Shown: positions 8,439-18,240 of the stretch, one piece after another
Numbering within the stretch: position 1 is the stretch's first letter
How the letters are laid out: every line of letters starts with the position of its first letter
Origin: an uncultured bacterium
GTDB lineage: Bacteria; Patescibacteriota; Minisyncoccia; Minisyncoccales; UBA5738
Assembly (NCBI GenBank): GCA_903847095.1
Contig: CAINCQ010000029.1
Location: forward strand, 5,485 to 69,484
DNA: 64,000 nt
Direction of reading: 5' to 3'
Notes under the pieces: generated by a model
The model's input: only the letters and a program-made list of their open reading frames with translations
Told to the model about the DNA's origin: nothing
Databases searched by the model: none
Translations under genes and position numbers: made by a program

Positions 8439-8467
8439 TTGACAACGGGGTTTAAAAAAAGTAAAAC
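8439..8467 (+). promoter_or_regulatory. sigma70-type promoter (TTGACA-N17-TAAAAC)
   Basis: ttgaca 8439-8444, taaaac 8462-8467, upstream of ORF 8495. Confidence 0.45.
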
Positions 8468-8494
8468 CTATCCAGTGAAACCAAGCTTGCGGAA

Positions 8495-8920
8495 GTGGTA
8501 AAAGTGGCCTTTAAGCTTTTAATTAACTTGGGAAAATGGGAGCAAGCCAGCTACTATCCTTCGGACGATGAAACGCTGATCTCCGCGATCGCCAAAGCCA
8601 AAGAGGGAACAAAAATACATTGGATAGAAGTCGTTACCTTTTTAATTGGATTAGCTTGCTTATTTACGTTTATGGTCACGTTCTTATATGAACACGGCCG
8701 GCGCGTAAGCATCAAGGAGCTGAAACAATTGCGGGAATACCAAAGCAAAAAAACCGTGGAAGGCTTTCCGGCTCGGCAAGTTCCAATGGAGAAACAGGAC
8801 AATGAATATAGCGGAAGTTTAAGCACAGGCAGTATAGCCAAAAAATTATTCCTGCAATCGATGGCTTTTTTGATCGGCTATCTGGTCTTTTATATGCTCT
8901 TGATCATTCTCCACGTCTAG
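8495..8920 (+). CDS. membrane protein, hypothetical
   Basis: 141 aa, GTG start; two hydrophobic segments (VVTFLIGLACLFTFMVTFLY; MAFLIGYLVFYMLLIIL). Confidence 0.5.
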   Translation: MVKVAFKLLINLGKWEQASYYPSDDETLISAIAKAKEGTKIHWIEVVTFLIGLACLFTFMVTFLYEHGRRVSIKELKQLREYQSKKTVEGFPARQVPMEKQDNEYSGSLSTGSIAKKLFLQSMAFLIGYLVFYMLLIILHV

Positions 8921-9024
8921 GCCGATAATCCGGCCTTTTTTTATACTCCGTTGCCAAAAAAATCGCGAAAAAAGAAAAACCCAAGACAAATTTGGGTTTA
9001 AATATTTCAGCAAAAAGACTTGAT

Positions 9025-9453
9025 TCACTTTTCCACCGTAACGGTTATTTCTTCGTTTGGTACATCCGGCCAGCCTAACGTACACGCCCATCCTATTGCG
9101 ATCATCAACACGGTGCTAAAAAGAAAAATCGCTATAGGCCCTCCCTCCCTAAAAAGAGGAATAAAGATTCTTATCGGCATACATAAAACGGCATAACTTA
9201 AAAGAAGCGTCATCTTGTTCATCGGGATTTTAAACCCGCCAACGACAAAGCTGGATTCCAGGGGCTTCTTTTGTCTTACCTGTTTCGCGAAGATCCATCC
9301 CCGGACGGCGAAAGGAACGAGAAAAAAACCCAATCCCATGTAACATGTCGACAAGACCACAACACCGATAGAAGCGATCGCGGCCTCGCCTACCCAATAC
9401 ATTTCTTCCTGGCTTTGAACATAAGGTTTTTTAAAAGTTACTTTTTTGGCCAT
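9025..9453 (-). CDS. membrane protein, hypothetical
   Basis: 142 aa with about 4 hydrophobic helices. Confidence 0.55.
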   Translation of the reverse strand: MAKKVTFKKPYVQSQEEMYWVGEAAIASIGVVVLSTCYMGLGFFLVPFAVRGWIFAKQVRQKKPLESSFVVGGFKIPMNKMTLLLSYAVLCMPIRIFIPLFREGGPIAIFLFSTVLMIAIGWACTLGWPDVPNEEITVTVEK

Positions 9454-9615
9454 GAGGTCCTCCCCGGCTCCTGATTACCAATGAACTACTGTCTGTTTGG
9501 ATTATGCGATTTTTTTTCTTTATGTCAATTTTGCTCAACAAAAGCGAAAGCCGGCGATCATTTTTATCCCGCCGCGCCGCTTATTAAAAAAAACTAACCA
9601 TGGTAGTGGTTAGTA

Positions 9616-9873
9616 TTAATCGGAACTTAATGTTTTGTATATTCCGATAAAGGCCGGTACAAGCAGTAGCATAAAAGTCAGAAATTCGGCTACAATGCCC
9701 AAGGCCTTTAATGAAGGCCAACCCGGCACAGTCGTATAATTGACGATCCAGGCGTGAAGAACATTACCTGCGCCTTCGCATGACCAGAACATCAGGAACA
9801 ACGACACCAGGCATCCCAGTAAAGCCGGCAACGCAAGTTTTAAATGTTCCATTTCTAATCGGTATCTTTCCAT
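9616..9873 (-). CDS. small membrane protein
   Basis: AGAGG 7 nt upstream of ATG 9871-9873; two or three TM segments. Confidence 0.5.
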   Translation of the reverse strand: MERYRLEMEHLKLALPALLGCLVSLFLMFWSCEGAGNVLHAWIVNYTTVPGWPSLKALGIVAEFLTFMLLLVPAFIGIYKTLSSD

Positions 9874-9887
9874 TATCACACCTCTTT

Positions 9888-10154
9888 CTATATGCTACTC
9901 CCCCGATAATACAATCCCAGCCCGTCCAAAAGAATAGGCATTATAATCTCTCTGACGGCCCTTTCCACCTCCTCATCTCCTTTCTTGGTGATGTCTCGGA
10001 GCTTTCCGAAATTGAACGCGGCCATTACAAGACCGTTCAAATCATCTTCATTCCCGTAAGCCCTCAGGGCTTTATGGATATTCATCGGATTTCTTTCTCT
10101 CAAAACCATCGAGACAAATCTCTTTATCTCGTCCTCATATTTTTTTTCTACCAT
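9888..10154 (-). CDS. hypothetical protein
   Basis: ATG 10152-10154 after GGAAGGTG; co-oriented with 9616-9873. Confidence 0.5.
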   Translation of the reverse strand: MVEKKYEDEIKRFVSMVLRERNPMNIHKALRAYGNEDDLNGLVMAAFNFGKLRDITKKGDEEVERAVREIIMPILLDGLGLYYRGSSI

Positions 10155-10186
10155 TTTCGCACCTTCCAACTAAAGAAACTTACTTT

Positions 10187-10216
10187 ATTATAAACTATTT
10201 CCTCTTATTTTGTCAA
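10187..10216 (-). promoter_or_regulatory. sigma70-type promoter (TTGACA ... TATAAT, minus strand)
   Basis: plus tgtcaa 10211-10216; attata 10187-10192. Confidence 0.5.
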
Positions 10217-10275
10217 TAGTGAACAGTAACCGTCCCGCTCATTCGAAAAAACTAACCGCTTGAACGTTGATATGA

Positions 10276-10304
10276 TTGACTTTCTAAGGATAAGCATTTA
10301 TAAT
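10276..10304 (+). promoter_or_regulatory. consensus sigma70-type promoter (TTGACT-N17-TATAAT)
   Basis: ttgact 10276-10281, tataat 10299-10304, upstream of ORF 10360. Confidence 0.6.
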
Positions 10305-10359
10305 CCGAAGATAGCAATATCGTGCTCTTTAACTTAATAAGACAAGAGGAGGTATAGGG

Positions 10360-10686
10360 ATGACTTTTATGGTCGAACTTGAAAACGGTAAACGCCTCGA
10401 GTACCCCACTACGTATGATGAGTCCGTCAACGATAAAGACCATGATTTTTCAAAATCCTGGAACACAGTTCTTGTTTTAGGATTTATAGTCTTGGCGGGC
10501 GCGTTGGCAATAAGCTCCGAAGGCGCGTTTATCCTTGGCGTCTTACTGCTTTTTTCGGCATGGTATCTCCAGGGACGCTGTATCGCCAGAGAAACCAAGG
10601 TCAAGGAATTACAGGAATTTATCGAGCATCAAACTATCAATGGCATCAAGGCCAGGGTTGTTCCGCACCCGGAACATACCCATTGA
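10360..10686 (+). CDS. small membrane protein
   Basis: 108 aa; GAGGAGG SD; two TM segments. Confidence 0.55.
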   Translation: MTFMVELENGKRLEYPTTYDESVNDKDHDFSKSWNTVLVLGFIVLAGALAISSEGAFILGVLLLFSAWYLQGRCIARETKVKELQEFIEHQTINGIKARVVPHPEHTH

Positions 10687-10921
10687 AGCAGCTTAGCTGC
10701 TTTTTTTGTTTGCCAAAAAAACAACCGGCGGAAGTCCCGTCTTCACAATCAATTATTTATTTTTCCAAGGGAGTTTCGCCCGGCGTGGTCCAAAACCACA
10801 CAGGCGACCAGAGGACGTATCCTCTGGATTCTTCATTATTTTATGTTCCACGGACAAACCCGTGGTCTATAAAATAATAAAAATAAATTCCGGGGCTGAT
10901 TCAGCTTCCGGAATTTTACCG

Positions 10922-11161
10922 CTAACAACTAGTTTTAAACGGCAACTTGGGATCCTTGGAATCCGTTAACTCACATTTAAAGTCATTCATTCCCAACGCT
11001 TTTTCCAGCTGTTCCCGTTTCCAATTGCCCGAAAGGATCAGTACGCCCGGATGCATCGGATGGCTGTTCATTAAATAACACCCCATCCGCATTATCCGAT
11101 TCTGGTCTAAAGCAGACCAAGCGCCGTCCGTTTTGGTGATCACGGTCACGTCTTCGCTCAT
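10922..11161 (-). CDS. hypothetical protein (79 aa)
   Basis: AGGAGG precedes internal ATG 11159-11161 (MSEDVTVITK...). Confidence 0.5.
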   Translation of the reverse strand: MSEDVTVITKTDGAWSALDQNRIMRMGCYLMNSHPMHPGVLILSGNWKREQLEKALGMNDFKCELTDSKDPKLPFKTSC

Positions 11162-11274
11162 TTTACCTCCTGATTTGTTACGTAAATCATGTAACACTAT
11201 ATTATCCCTTAGTCAACTATCTTTAAGGATTCGGCCTCCTGCCGAAACTTATCTTGATGCGCGTCAATCTCGAG

Positions 11275-12303
11275 CTACTGCGCGCAATCGGAAAGCATGT
11301 CGCCCGGAATTCCATATTTTGAAAGGCCGCAAGGAATCGGGCCCTTTCCGTCAAAAACGATCTCCCATTTACCGCCGGTTTTTTTTGCGAAGAATATTCC
11401 TCCCGGCACTTCCGTATCCAGACTCAGGCTGCCGCGGATAAAGTCTTCCGTTCCTTTTTCCAAAACTACCGAAATTGTTTTGGCATATTTTGGATATTTC
11501 AAGGCAAATTGCTGCCTTAACGTTTCCTTTGTCGATTCATCCGGAACCGTGATTCCGATACAGCGCCATTCGATTTCTGCGGCCTTGGTCTCCTCGCTGA
11601 CAACGCAGACAGGATGGCATCCGGGTTTGGTCGCATTCAAATTGGCATCAAACCACCAAGTCTTGGTGGTCTCATTGCGCGAGCCCGGACCCAAAGCCTC
11701 TCCGCCTTTAATACAGGATTTTCCGGCAATGATCCGGGCCTCGGCCTCGCTCATTATCGGATTCGCCTCTCGCAATTGGTTATCGATGACCAGAAAATAT
11801 TTACTCATACCCACCGAAGGCGCATCAGCCATCGGTTCATCCGTTTTGCGATCCAGATAATTGACGACGATGTTCCCGCCGCGGTACTCGGTAGCTTGAG
11901 GAGCGATCCGGTCTCCCAAAAATAAGGCGTTGCTGCCAAAATACCCGCCTTTTCCGCTAAGCAGGGCGGCGACATAATAAAAAATCCCGGTTCCGCCGCT
12001 GTCTTGGGTCAAAAGAAAAGCAACATCATCAACGCCATCGCCGTTAAAATCTCCAACGGCCTCGTTACCAAAAAACCGCGTAATGGTCATTGAAACGGTA
12101 CCCCCTTCGATCCCCACTCTCGATTCGCCATTTTCAAGCTTAACCGGATTACCTTCAATAAAATAAGTGGCGTTTTTCGGATCCGGCGCTCTTTTTTGAC
12201 CAGGCGCGACATCTGCAAACTCCGGTGAAAGTAAAAAGATCAAACAACCGGCTCCACCCAAAACAACTAAAACAACGGCCAGCAAAATAATTTTTTTATT
12301 CAT
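11275..12303 (-). CDS. secreted/anchored protein with FG-GAP/VCBS-like segment and a conserved 4-Cys domain
   Basis: 342 aa; N-terminal TM (IILLAVVLVVLGGAGCLIFLL); GDFNGDGVDDVAFLL; CIKGGEAL...TWWFDANLNATKPGCHPVCVVSEE...WRC domain shared with ORF 20006-20713. Confidence 0.65.
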   Translation of the reverse strand: MNKKIILLAVVLVVLGGAGCLIFLLSPEFADVAPGQKRAPDPKNATYFIEGNPVKLENGESRVGIEGGTVSMTITRFFGNEAVGDFNGDGVDDVAFLLTQDSGGTGIFYYVAALLSGKGGYFGSNALFLGDRIAPQATEYRGGNIVVNYLDRKTDEPMADAPSVGMSKYFLVIDNQLREANPIMSEAEARIIAGKSCIKGGEALGPGSRNETTKTWWFDANLNATKPGCHPVCVVSEETKAAEIEWRCIGITVPDESTKETLRQQFALKYPKYAKTISVVLEKGTEDFIRGSLSLDTEVPGGIFFAKKTGGKWEIVFDGKGPIPCGLSKYGIPGDMLSDCAQ

Positions 12304-12412
12304 ATTTGGTATTTACCGAGTATCTTTTATTCTATCAAAAAAACCTCATTCGGGCGACTGATTATCAACAAACTTCCGCCCGCTAAGGGCCCGTTTCGTT
12401 CAGGTAAAGGCC

Positions 12413-12778
12413 TTAGGCCTCCCTTGCCCAAGAAGTAATCTCGCCGAGGTCGTCGGGAGATTTCGGAAAAAAAACCGGCAAGCCTTTCTTTTTGGCGAAT
12501 TCTATTTCCGCTCGCGAACCACTGGAATTTTCCCAGCCTGGAATCGCCATGATCGCATCCGCCGTTTTTTGTAAAAAGACCATGTCGAGCTCGCGATAAA
12601 AATTCTCATCCGCGTTGGCTTTAATTTCGAAATGCTCGGTATGATTATGAGGACAAAAAAAACCCATACCCGCGTTCGCCAGCGCGATCTGGTATTTTTC
12701 GGCGTGCCGGATGTTATCGTGGATCTTTGATCTGTCTCCGTTCCCGAAATAAGGTCCGGCGATAAAAACTATTTTCAT
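12413..12778 (-). CDS. DUF4406 / nucleoside 2-deoxyribosyltransferase-like protein
   Basis: 121 aa; MKIVFIAGPY...AIPGWENSSGSRAEIEFAKKKGLPVFF pattern as I recall for DUF4406. Confidence 0.55.
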   Translation of the reverse strand: MKIVFIAGPYFGNGDRSKIHDNIRHAEKYQIALANAGMGFFCPHNHTEHFEIKANADENFYRELDMVFLQKTADAIMAIPGWENSSGSRAEIEFAKKKGLPVFFPKSPDDLGEITSWAREA

Positions 12779-12839
12779 AAAGCGCTTTGATCGACTTAAT
12801 TAGCTTAATGGGCTTACCCCTCTTCTTGCTTACCCGCTT

Positions 12840-13328
12840 TTAGTCAGCCATCTTTGCAAACAAGACTACGTAGTTCTTGCCGTACGCTTTGGCGCATTTT
12901 GGACAGGTAGTATAGAAAAAATATAGTTTATCGGACTTCTTGTTTTTGCTTTCGACATATTTCTTCATCTCCTCCGCCCACTTTCCGGCATTTTGATAAG
13001 GCCCCTCGAACACTTTGGCGAGGAATGACCCGGAAATCTTGGCCATTTGCGCGCCCGGTACCTCCTTTGCCACCTCGATATAAATATCCGCGCCCCAAAG
13101 GGATTTTTCATCAGCCAACATCAAATGGTTCTTTGTTTTTGCCCCGGCCTTCTCGATCAGCGCCATATTCTTGACCATAATCCGGCCCATATTAAGGGGC
13201 ATATGTAAAAAGCTCGTGACGTGATCTTTAACGAAGATCTTATCGCGCCACACAACCTCTTTATCCTGCCATAACTTAGGATCGAACGGCTCACAACATC
13301 CGGTTGGTTTGATTGTTTGGTTTTCCAT
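12840..13328 (-). CDS. conserved hypothetical protein (CCEPFDP ... TTCPKCAKAYGKNYVV family)
   Basis: 162 aa; motif pattern recalled from a widespread uncharacterised family. Confidence 0.5.
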   Translation of the reverse strand: MENQTIKPTGCCEPFDPKLWQDKEVVWRDKIFVKDHVTSFLHMPLNMGRIMVKNMALIEKAGAKTKNHLMLADEKSLWGADIYIEVAKEVPGAQMAKISGSFLAKVFEGPYQNAGKWAEEMKKYVESKNKKSDKLYFFYTTCPKCAKAYGKNYVVLFAKMAD

Positions 13329-13466
13329 AATTTATTGATTGATCATTCAAAGTCCTTCCTTATTTTAACCTAAGGTTTTTTAAAGAAAAAATCAATAAAG
13401 CAAAAACCGGTAGGTTATAACGATACCGATTCGATGTATGGGTCTGTGACTTCTCGCTCTTCTCGC

Positions 13467-14918
13467 TTATCCCTGGCTTATCCTCACCCTCGGCCGAAAT
13501 CCCGCGTTCAAAACCGCGCGCTTCCAATCGGCGATCTTCATTAAAAAATTAAGCGAATTCACTTCCGACAAACGGCCGATCGTCCCCGATTTTCCGGGTG
13601 CCAGCCATAAACCGATCCTTTGCACATCCAACGTCTGGTTGGCCAGCTCGATCTGGCCGCGCCCGGCTTGTAAATATTTGGTTGCATTAATCGCCTGATC
13701 CACGGCGTAATTTACCGATTCCGGAGAACCGGTTTTGACGAAATACAAGGTTCCGTCTTTGAATAGATCCAGCTTGTTCACCCGGAATTTCTCGTTTATG
13801 GCCGCGAGCCCCAAACGGCAATCGGTGAAACCCGCTTTCGCCTGCGCTTCAATGAATTCCTCCTGACCGCCCGCCGCCATGCCACTGTCTTTTTCGATGG
13901 TAACCGTATCGGCCTCGCGCCGCAGAAAATTCAGGAACGACTGGTTATAGCGATACCATTTTCCGTCGATCAAACAGGTTCGGTTTTCCCCGTCGAAATA
14001 ATCGATCATCGCCTTGAAATTCTTGGAACGCTCGTGCCCTTTCGGGTCATATACTCTCACTTTGATATCGTTAAGTTGCTCCATCAGATTAACGTTCTCC
14101 GTATTCATAAAATTCTGCAAGGCCAGCTTGTTCATCTCCCCCTTGTCGGAAAGGTTGCCATAGGAACCTTGCAGGTAAAAAGAGTATTGGCAATCGTCAT
14201 TGGCGATCAACGCCACCCTATCGGACTCGTTGCTGGATAACACCTTGACCAATGACGCATCCAAGTCTTTTAACAGAATCGAGTCGCGTATCGAAACCAC
14301 TTTGGGCAGGCCGATGCGAGCCGGCTGGGTAAGAACCTCCTCGATCCTTTTAATGAACGGCGGCAGTTGGTCCGGGCCGATATCCAAAGAAAATTGCACC
14401 GCGGTGCCGAAATTCGCCTCGTTGCCCCACAATGCCGGATCAACCGTCGCGGCGCGGATCATATCCAGCGATTCGCCGCTCTCGAATTCTATCCGGTTTC
14501 CCGACTGGTAGGTTGAAGCCACCCGGTTGCGGCGCGACTTGTAGAATTTGGAATTTTTTATCTTCACATGATCGCTGGCGATGCGCTCGGCCATATTTAT
14601 CCCGAAATCCGGGTCGCAATAGTTTTTTATCTGGATAAAAGTCTTGCCCAGCGCCGCCGCGTAGCAAAAAGTATCGCCATAAACAAAAAAAGCCGCGCAA
14701 TGAACCACGTTCTTGGGCGGCTCGACGCCCTCGAAGAAATCCCGGTAGGTTTTGGTCCACCAGATATCGCTACCGTCCGGTACCCGCGAATACATGAATT
14801 CAAGCACGCAATCACCTGTCTCAACCTTCTTGGCCGATTCCAGCCCCGCCGCTCTCAATTTCCCGATCAACTCAAACCTCTTTTCCGGAATTATCCGGTA
14901 CAGATTGTACTTTGCCAT
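13467..14918 (-). CDS. TIGR04141/DUF6119-like sporadically distributed protein (putative PD-(D/E)xK-type C-terminal core)
   Basis: 483 aa; size, MAKYNLYRI start and C-terminal KLDLFKDGTLYFVKTGSPESVNYAVDQ (D ... hhVK ... Q) fit my recollection of this family. Confidence 0.5.
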   Translation of the reverse strand: MAKYNLYRIIPEKRFELIGKLRAAGLESAKKVETGDCVLEFMYSRVPDGSDIWWTKTYRDFFEGVEPPKNVVHCAAFFVYGDTFCYAAALGKTFIQIKNYCDPDFGINMAERIASDHVKIKNSKFYKSRRNRVASTYQSGNRIEFESGESLDMIRAATVDPALWGNEANFGTAVQFSLDIGPDQLPPFIKRIEEVLTQPARIGLPKVVSIRDSILLKDLDASLVKVLSSNESDRVALIANDDCQYSFYLQGSYGNLSDKGEMNKLALQNFMNTENVNLMEQLNDIKVRVYDPKGHERSKNFKAMIDYFDGENRTCLIDGKWYRYNQSFLNFLRREADTVTIEKDSGMAAGGQEEFIEAQAKAGFTDCRLGLAAINEKFRVNKLDLFKDGTLYFVKTGSPESVNYAVDQAINATKYLQAGRGQIELANQTLDVQRIGLWLAPGKSGTIGRLSEVNSLNFLMKIADWKRAVLNAGFRPRVRISQG

Positions 14919-15091
14919 AAATTATATACTCGTTTATAACGCGTAAGTTATACCAAAAAAAACAAAAACGGGTTCGTAACCCGTAATCATTTTAAACCAT
15001 TTCTTAAAACCAATCAAAAAATCTTCCAAACATGCTTTCCTTACCATGGCGAGTTTTATCCGCGCCAACTCTAGGAACCAATTGACGGTAT

Positions 15092-15508
15092 CTAGCTCTT
15101 ATATTTTTTTCCATCGACCACGTAAGATGCGTATTTTATAGGAATCCGGCTGCCGCGCTTCCAATAAGCGGCCACGGATTTACCGACATATTTTTCGCGA
15201 AGTTCATCCGTCGCGACCTCACCCTCGAAATAATACTTGCCCCACTCGTCCGCTTTCAGCCACTGGGAAACAATATAAATTTCTTTGATAAATCCTTGAT
15301 AAACGGCGCAAGCGATCCTTATTTTTTGGGCGCGTTTGATATTTATTGATAAAAGGGATCTAGTTGCTTCATACAAAAAATCTTTACCCATGCTCGGCTG
15401 GTAAAGCTGGCCAAGGTTAATAAGGATCGCCGGCTCGCCAAAAACCGCCTCCTCAAGATCCTGGTCCTCAACCTCTTGATTATGCTCAATGCCGTCTTTA
15501 TACTCCAT
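15092..15508 (-). CDS. hypothetical protein
   Basis: 138-aa ORF between TIGR04141-like and DUF2779-like genes; acidic N terminus. Confidence 0.5.
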   Translation of the reverse strand: MEYKDGIEHNQEVEDQDLEEAVFGEPAILINLGQLYQPSMGKDFLYEATRSLLSINIKRAQKIRIACAVYQGFIKEIYIVSQWLKADEWGKYYFEGEVATDELREKYVGKSVAAYWKRGSRIPIKYASYVVDGKKYKS

Positions 15509-15642
15509 AATTTTACTTCTATCCCGTTATATAAATTTATTTAATTTCTTAATGTATTTCGACACCGCAGGGCATTAACCCTTCTGATCGACCAAAGGAG
15601 TAGCTCCTTTGGAATCCTCGAATTTCAAAACATCCGCCACGC

Positions 15643-17112
15643 TTATAACTTCTTTAAGACTTCCAGGATTTCTACCATCGCCAGGGTATCCAACCGGCAA
15701 TAGGCCAGCATATCTTTGGCCAAATCATCTTTTTCTTTCTGACCGATTTTTGGATCGTTTACTTTCAACCAGCTTTCCGAAGCGGTGCCGCCTTCCTGAA
15801 TGTTTAGATCTTTATAAGACAACTTGGGAACCATTACCGGCAAGACGCGTTTGATCGAAGCGCTTCCTTTAAAATCTTTGTGCACGTAATAGCCTTTTTT
15901 GAAACATTGCATCAGGTCGTACATTCTGTCGTTTACGGATTTTAAAAACAGGGCGTGTTGTTTTTTTCTTTCCCTCATTTCCTTGTTACAACCCATTTCA
16001 AAGCTTTTATTCCACGAAATAAGGCTCCCTTTTTCTCCCACGAATTTTGATAGCGATCCGAGCAGCTCGGATGTCGGGTCTTTGATGCTGGCACACAAAT
16101 ATTGATAATGCTCCAATAGGGCATCCGGCGATCTTTTAATATGCAACGAGTATTGAAAAACTATCCTTTGGTAGGGCTTATAACCGTCAAACAGCGGAAC
16201 AGCCGGACCAAAGGTTTCGTAATCCAAGAAATATAGAGGATACTCCAAAGACGATAATTCCTCTTTGATCGCCAAGGAATCGATAAAAACTTTTTTGCTT
16301 TTTACCGCGTTAATGTATCCCAATCCGCTCTTATTGGTAACTATTCCTTCGGGGATATCTTTTATTTCCAAGATCCCTTGGTCGAGCAGCATTTCCAATT
16401 TTTCCGTACTCAACCCTCCGGCAATGCCATAAATGGAATCTTTCGGCAAATGTTTCCGGCAATGATCGCTGAATTCGCAATCGTAGGGCGAATGACACTG
16501 CTTTAATATCTTTACCTCCGGCTCGTTTTTATTTTCCAAAATTTTATGGGCCATTTCGATATCCAGGCCCACCTTTTTGATCAAAGCTTCCACGGCTCGC
16601 GTAACGTCAACGATTTTTAAAAACTTTTTAGGGTCTATGGGTCCCCGCCGCAAAAATTCACCGTTAACGCAAATAACGTAAAGCTTTCCGATCTTTAACC
16701 AATTTTCTTCAAAACAGATCTTTTGAAAAGCCAGATCGATCAAATGGATATCTTTGACTTGGGTTGAACTTTTTACCTCATAAATATCCCAATTGCCGCT
16801 TTTTGTATACCGCCTGATGATATCCGCCCGGCAAAAAACCTTCCAATTGGAAATCGTGGGCTGAAAGATCGTTTTCTGGCGCGCCTTGACCAGTTTCTTG
16901 GTCTTGGCTACCGCCTCGGCAATATCCTTATCGTAGGCACTAACGCCGGCCGGAAAAAGTTTATAAGCGTAATTCTCCACTTCATAACCTTCGTCAAAAA
17001 TCCGCTTCAGGGCGGATTTTGCTTCCGGCGATACCAGGTCCTGCCGGTATTTATGAAGCCAAAGATATTTATAGCACTGCGTATATTTTAGAAAATCCGA
17101 TTTTGTAAGCAT
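15643..17112 (-). CDS. DUF2779-like protein (Cas4/RecB-like Fe-S nuclease N-domain plus DxE exonuclease-like C-domain)
   Basis: 489 aa; MLTKSDFLKYTQCYKYLWL start, Cys cluster QCHSPYDCEFSDHC, YFLDYETF motif. Confidence 0.65.
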   Translation of the reverse strand: MLTKSDFLKYTQCYKYLWLHKYRQDLVSPEAKSALKRIFDEGYEVENYAYKLFPAGVSAYDKDIAEAVAKTKKLVKARQKTIFQPTISNWKVFCRADIIRRYTKSGNWDIYEVKSSTQVKDIHLIDLAFQKICFEENWLKIGKLYVICVNGEFLRRGPIDPKKFLKIVDVTRAVEALIKKVGLDIEMAHKILENKNEPEVKILKQCHSPYDCEFSDHCRKHLPKDSIYGIAGGLSTEKLEMLLDQGILEIKDIPEGIVTNKSGLGYINAVKSKKVFIDSLAIKEELSSLEYPLYFLDYETFGPAVPLFDGYKPYQRIVFQYSLHIKRSPDALLEHYQYLCASIKDPTSELLGSLSKFVGEKGSLISWNKSFEMGCNKEMRERKKQHALFLKSVNDRMYDLMQCFKKGYYVHKDFKGSASIKRVLPVMVPKLSYKDLNIQEGGTASESWLKVNDPKIGQKEKDDLAKDMLAYCRLDTLAMVEILEVLKKL

Positions 17113-17566
17113 AATTTTTTACCGCCCGGCTTCCATCGCCGTCCGAAGCCGCAAGTCCGCTCCTCTTGAACTCGGTTGAATCGATAAGCTTCTTTTACCA
17201 TAACCTTTACGTTAAAAATGTCAACATTTGATAGCCCGAAAGCCCCGATCACCCGGGAATAGATTCAATTTTTGGGACTAAAAACCCCGTCTGCCGGGCA
17301 TCGGGGTTTTAAGTCAAAAAATTCTACCTCGCCTTCCGCCGAAGGCCGTTGATCATTTCTTTCTTCCTTTGGATCCGGGATGCTCAAGGCGCGCGGTCAA
17401 ATTTTGGGACCGTAAACCGGACTGGGTAATTTTAAGAGTCGGTTGAGTCTGTAAGTCGGCTTGTCCGATTGGCACCCTATAAACCTTATTCGTCGCTGCG
17501 GAAATTCCGTCAATCAAGATTGATCCTCTTCTCGCTTACTAGCTCACCCCGCCCGGTTAGCTTGCC

Positions 17567-18106
17567 TTAATTCATCATCCAAATCGTATAGTTCAAAAAA
17601 CCGGCGAAGGTCACCCACAGGATATATGGTATCAGCAAACAGCCCGCGAGCTTCGATACCCGGTAGAAATTAACGATCGTGTATAATATCGCGACCCAAA
17701 GCATTAAAAGCTCGAAAAAAGCCAAACCCGGAAATTCCAGCGCGAAAAAACAAATTGACCACAAGACATTCAATCCCAATTGGGCGGCGAAGATAATAAC
17801 CACATTCTCTTCCCGCCAAGTCCCCGTGAAAAGTTTTTGCGAAAACCGGTTCCAGGCCTTCAACGCCCTGCCTTGCGCTGGTAATTTGACTTCCCAGTTT
17901 TTTGACCAGACCAGATACAACGCGATCCCCATCAAAAGGAACAAAACGGTCCAAACCGCTCCGATCAAAGAACCGGGCGGCGTAAACGAGGGCTTGTTCA
18001 AAGTCGCGTACCAACCGTTTATCGCCGGGGTCGTAAAAACCGCGCCGATGATCCCGGCCAGCTGGCAGATAACAACGCTTACTATGAGTTTAGATATGTT
18101 TTTCAT
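17567..18106 (-). CDS. tspO: TspO/MBR family tryptophan-rich sensory protein
   Basis: 179 aa, 5 TM; WYATLNKPSFTPPGSLIGAVWTVLFLLMG and Trp-rich helices. Confidence 0.85.
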   Translation of the reverse strand: MKNISKLIVSVVICQLAGIIGAVFTTPAINGWYATLNKPSFTPPGSLIGAVWTVLFLLMGIALYLVWSKNWEVKLPAQGRALKAWNRFSQKLFTGTWREENVVIIFAAQLGLNVLWSICFFALEFPGLAFFELLMLWVAILYTIVNFYRVSKLAGCLLIPYILWVTFAGFLNYTIWMMN

Positions 18107-18210
18107 ATGTTTTTTCCGTCAATCTTATTTTAGCGGATTTACCGGAAAACGCCAAAACAATCTAACATTCGGCGGGATGTGAGAATGTTTTTTTAATATT
18201 GGTCAACAAG

Positions 18211-18240
18211 ATCAAAAAAATAACCAATTTTATGGTTATT
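18211..18240 (-). terminator. intrinsic terminator overlapping stop codon of ORF 18236-18664
   Basis: aataacca-atttta-tggttatt plus T-run on minus strand. Confidence 0.65.
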
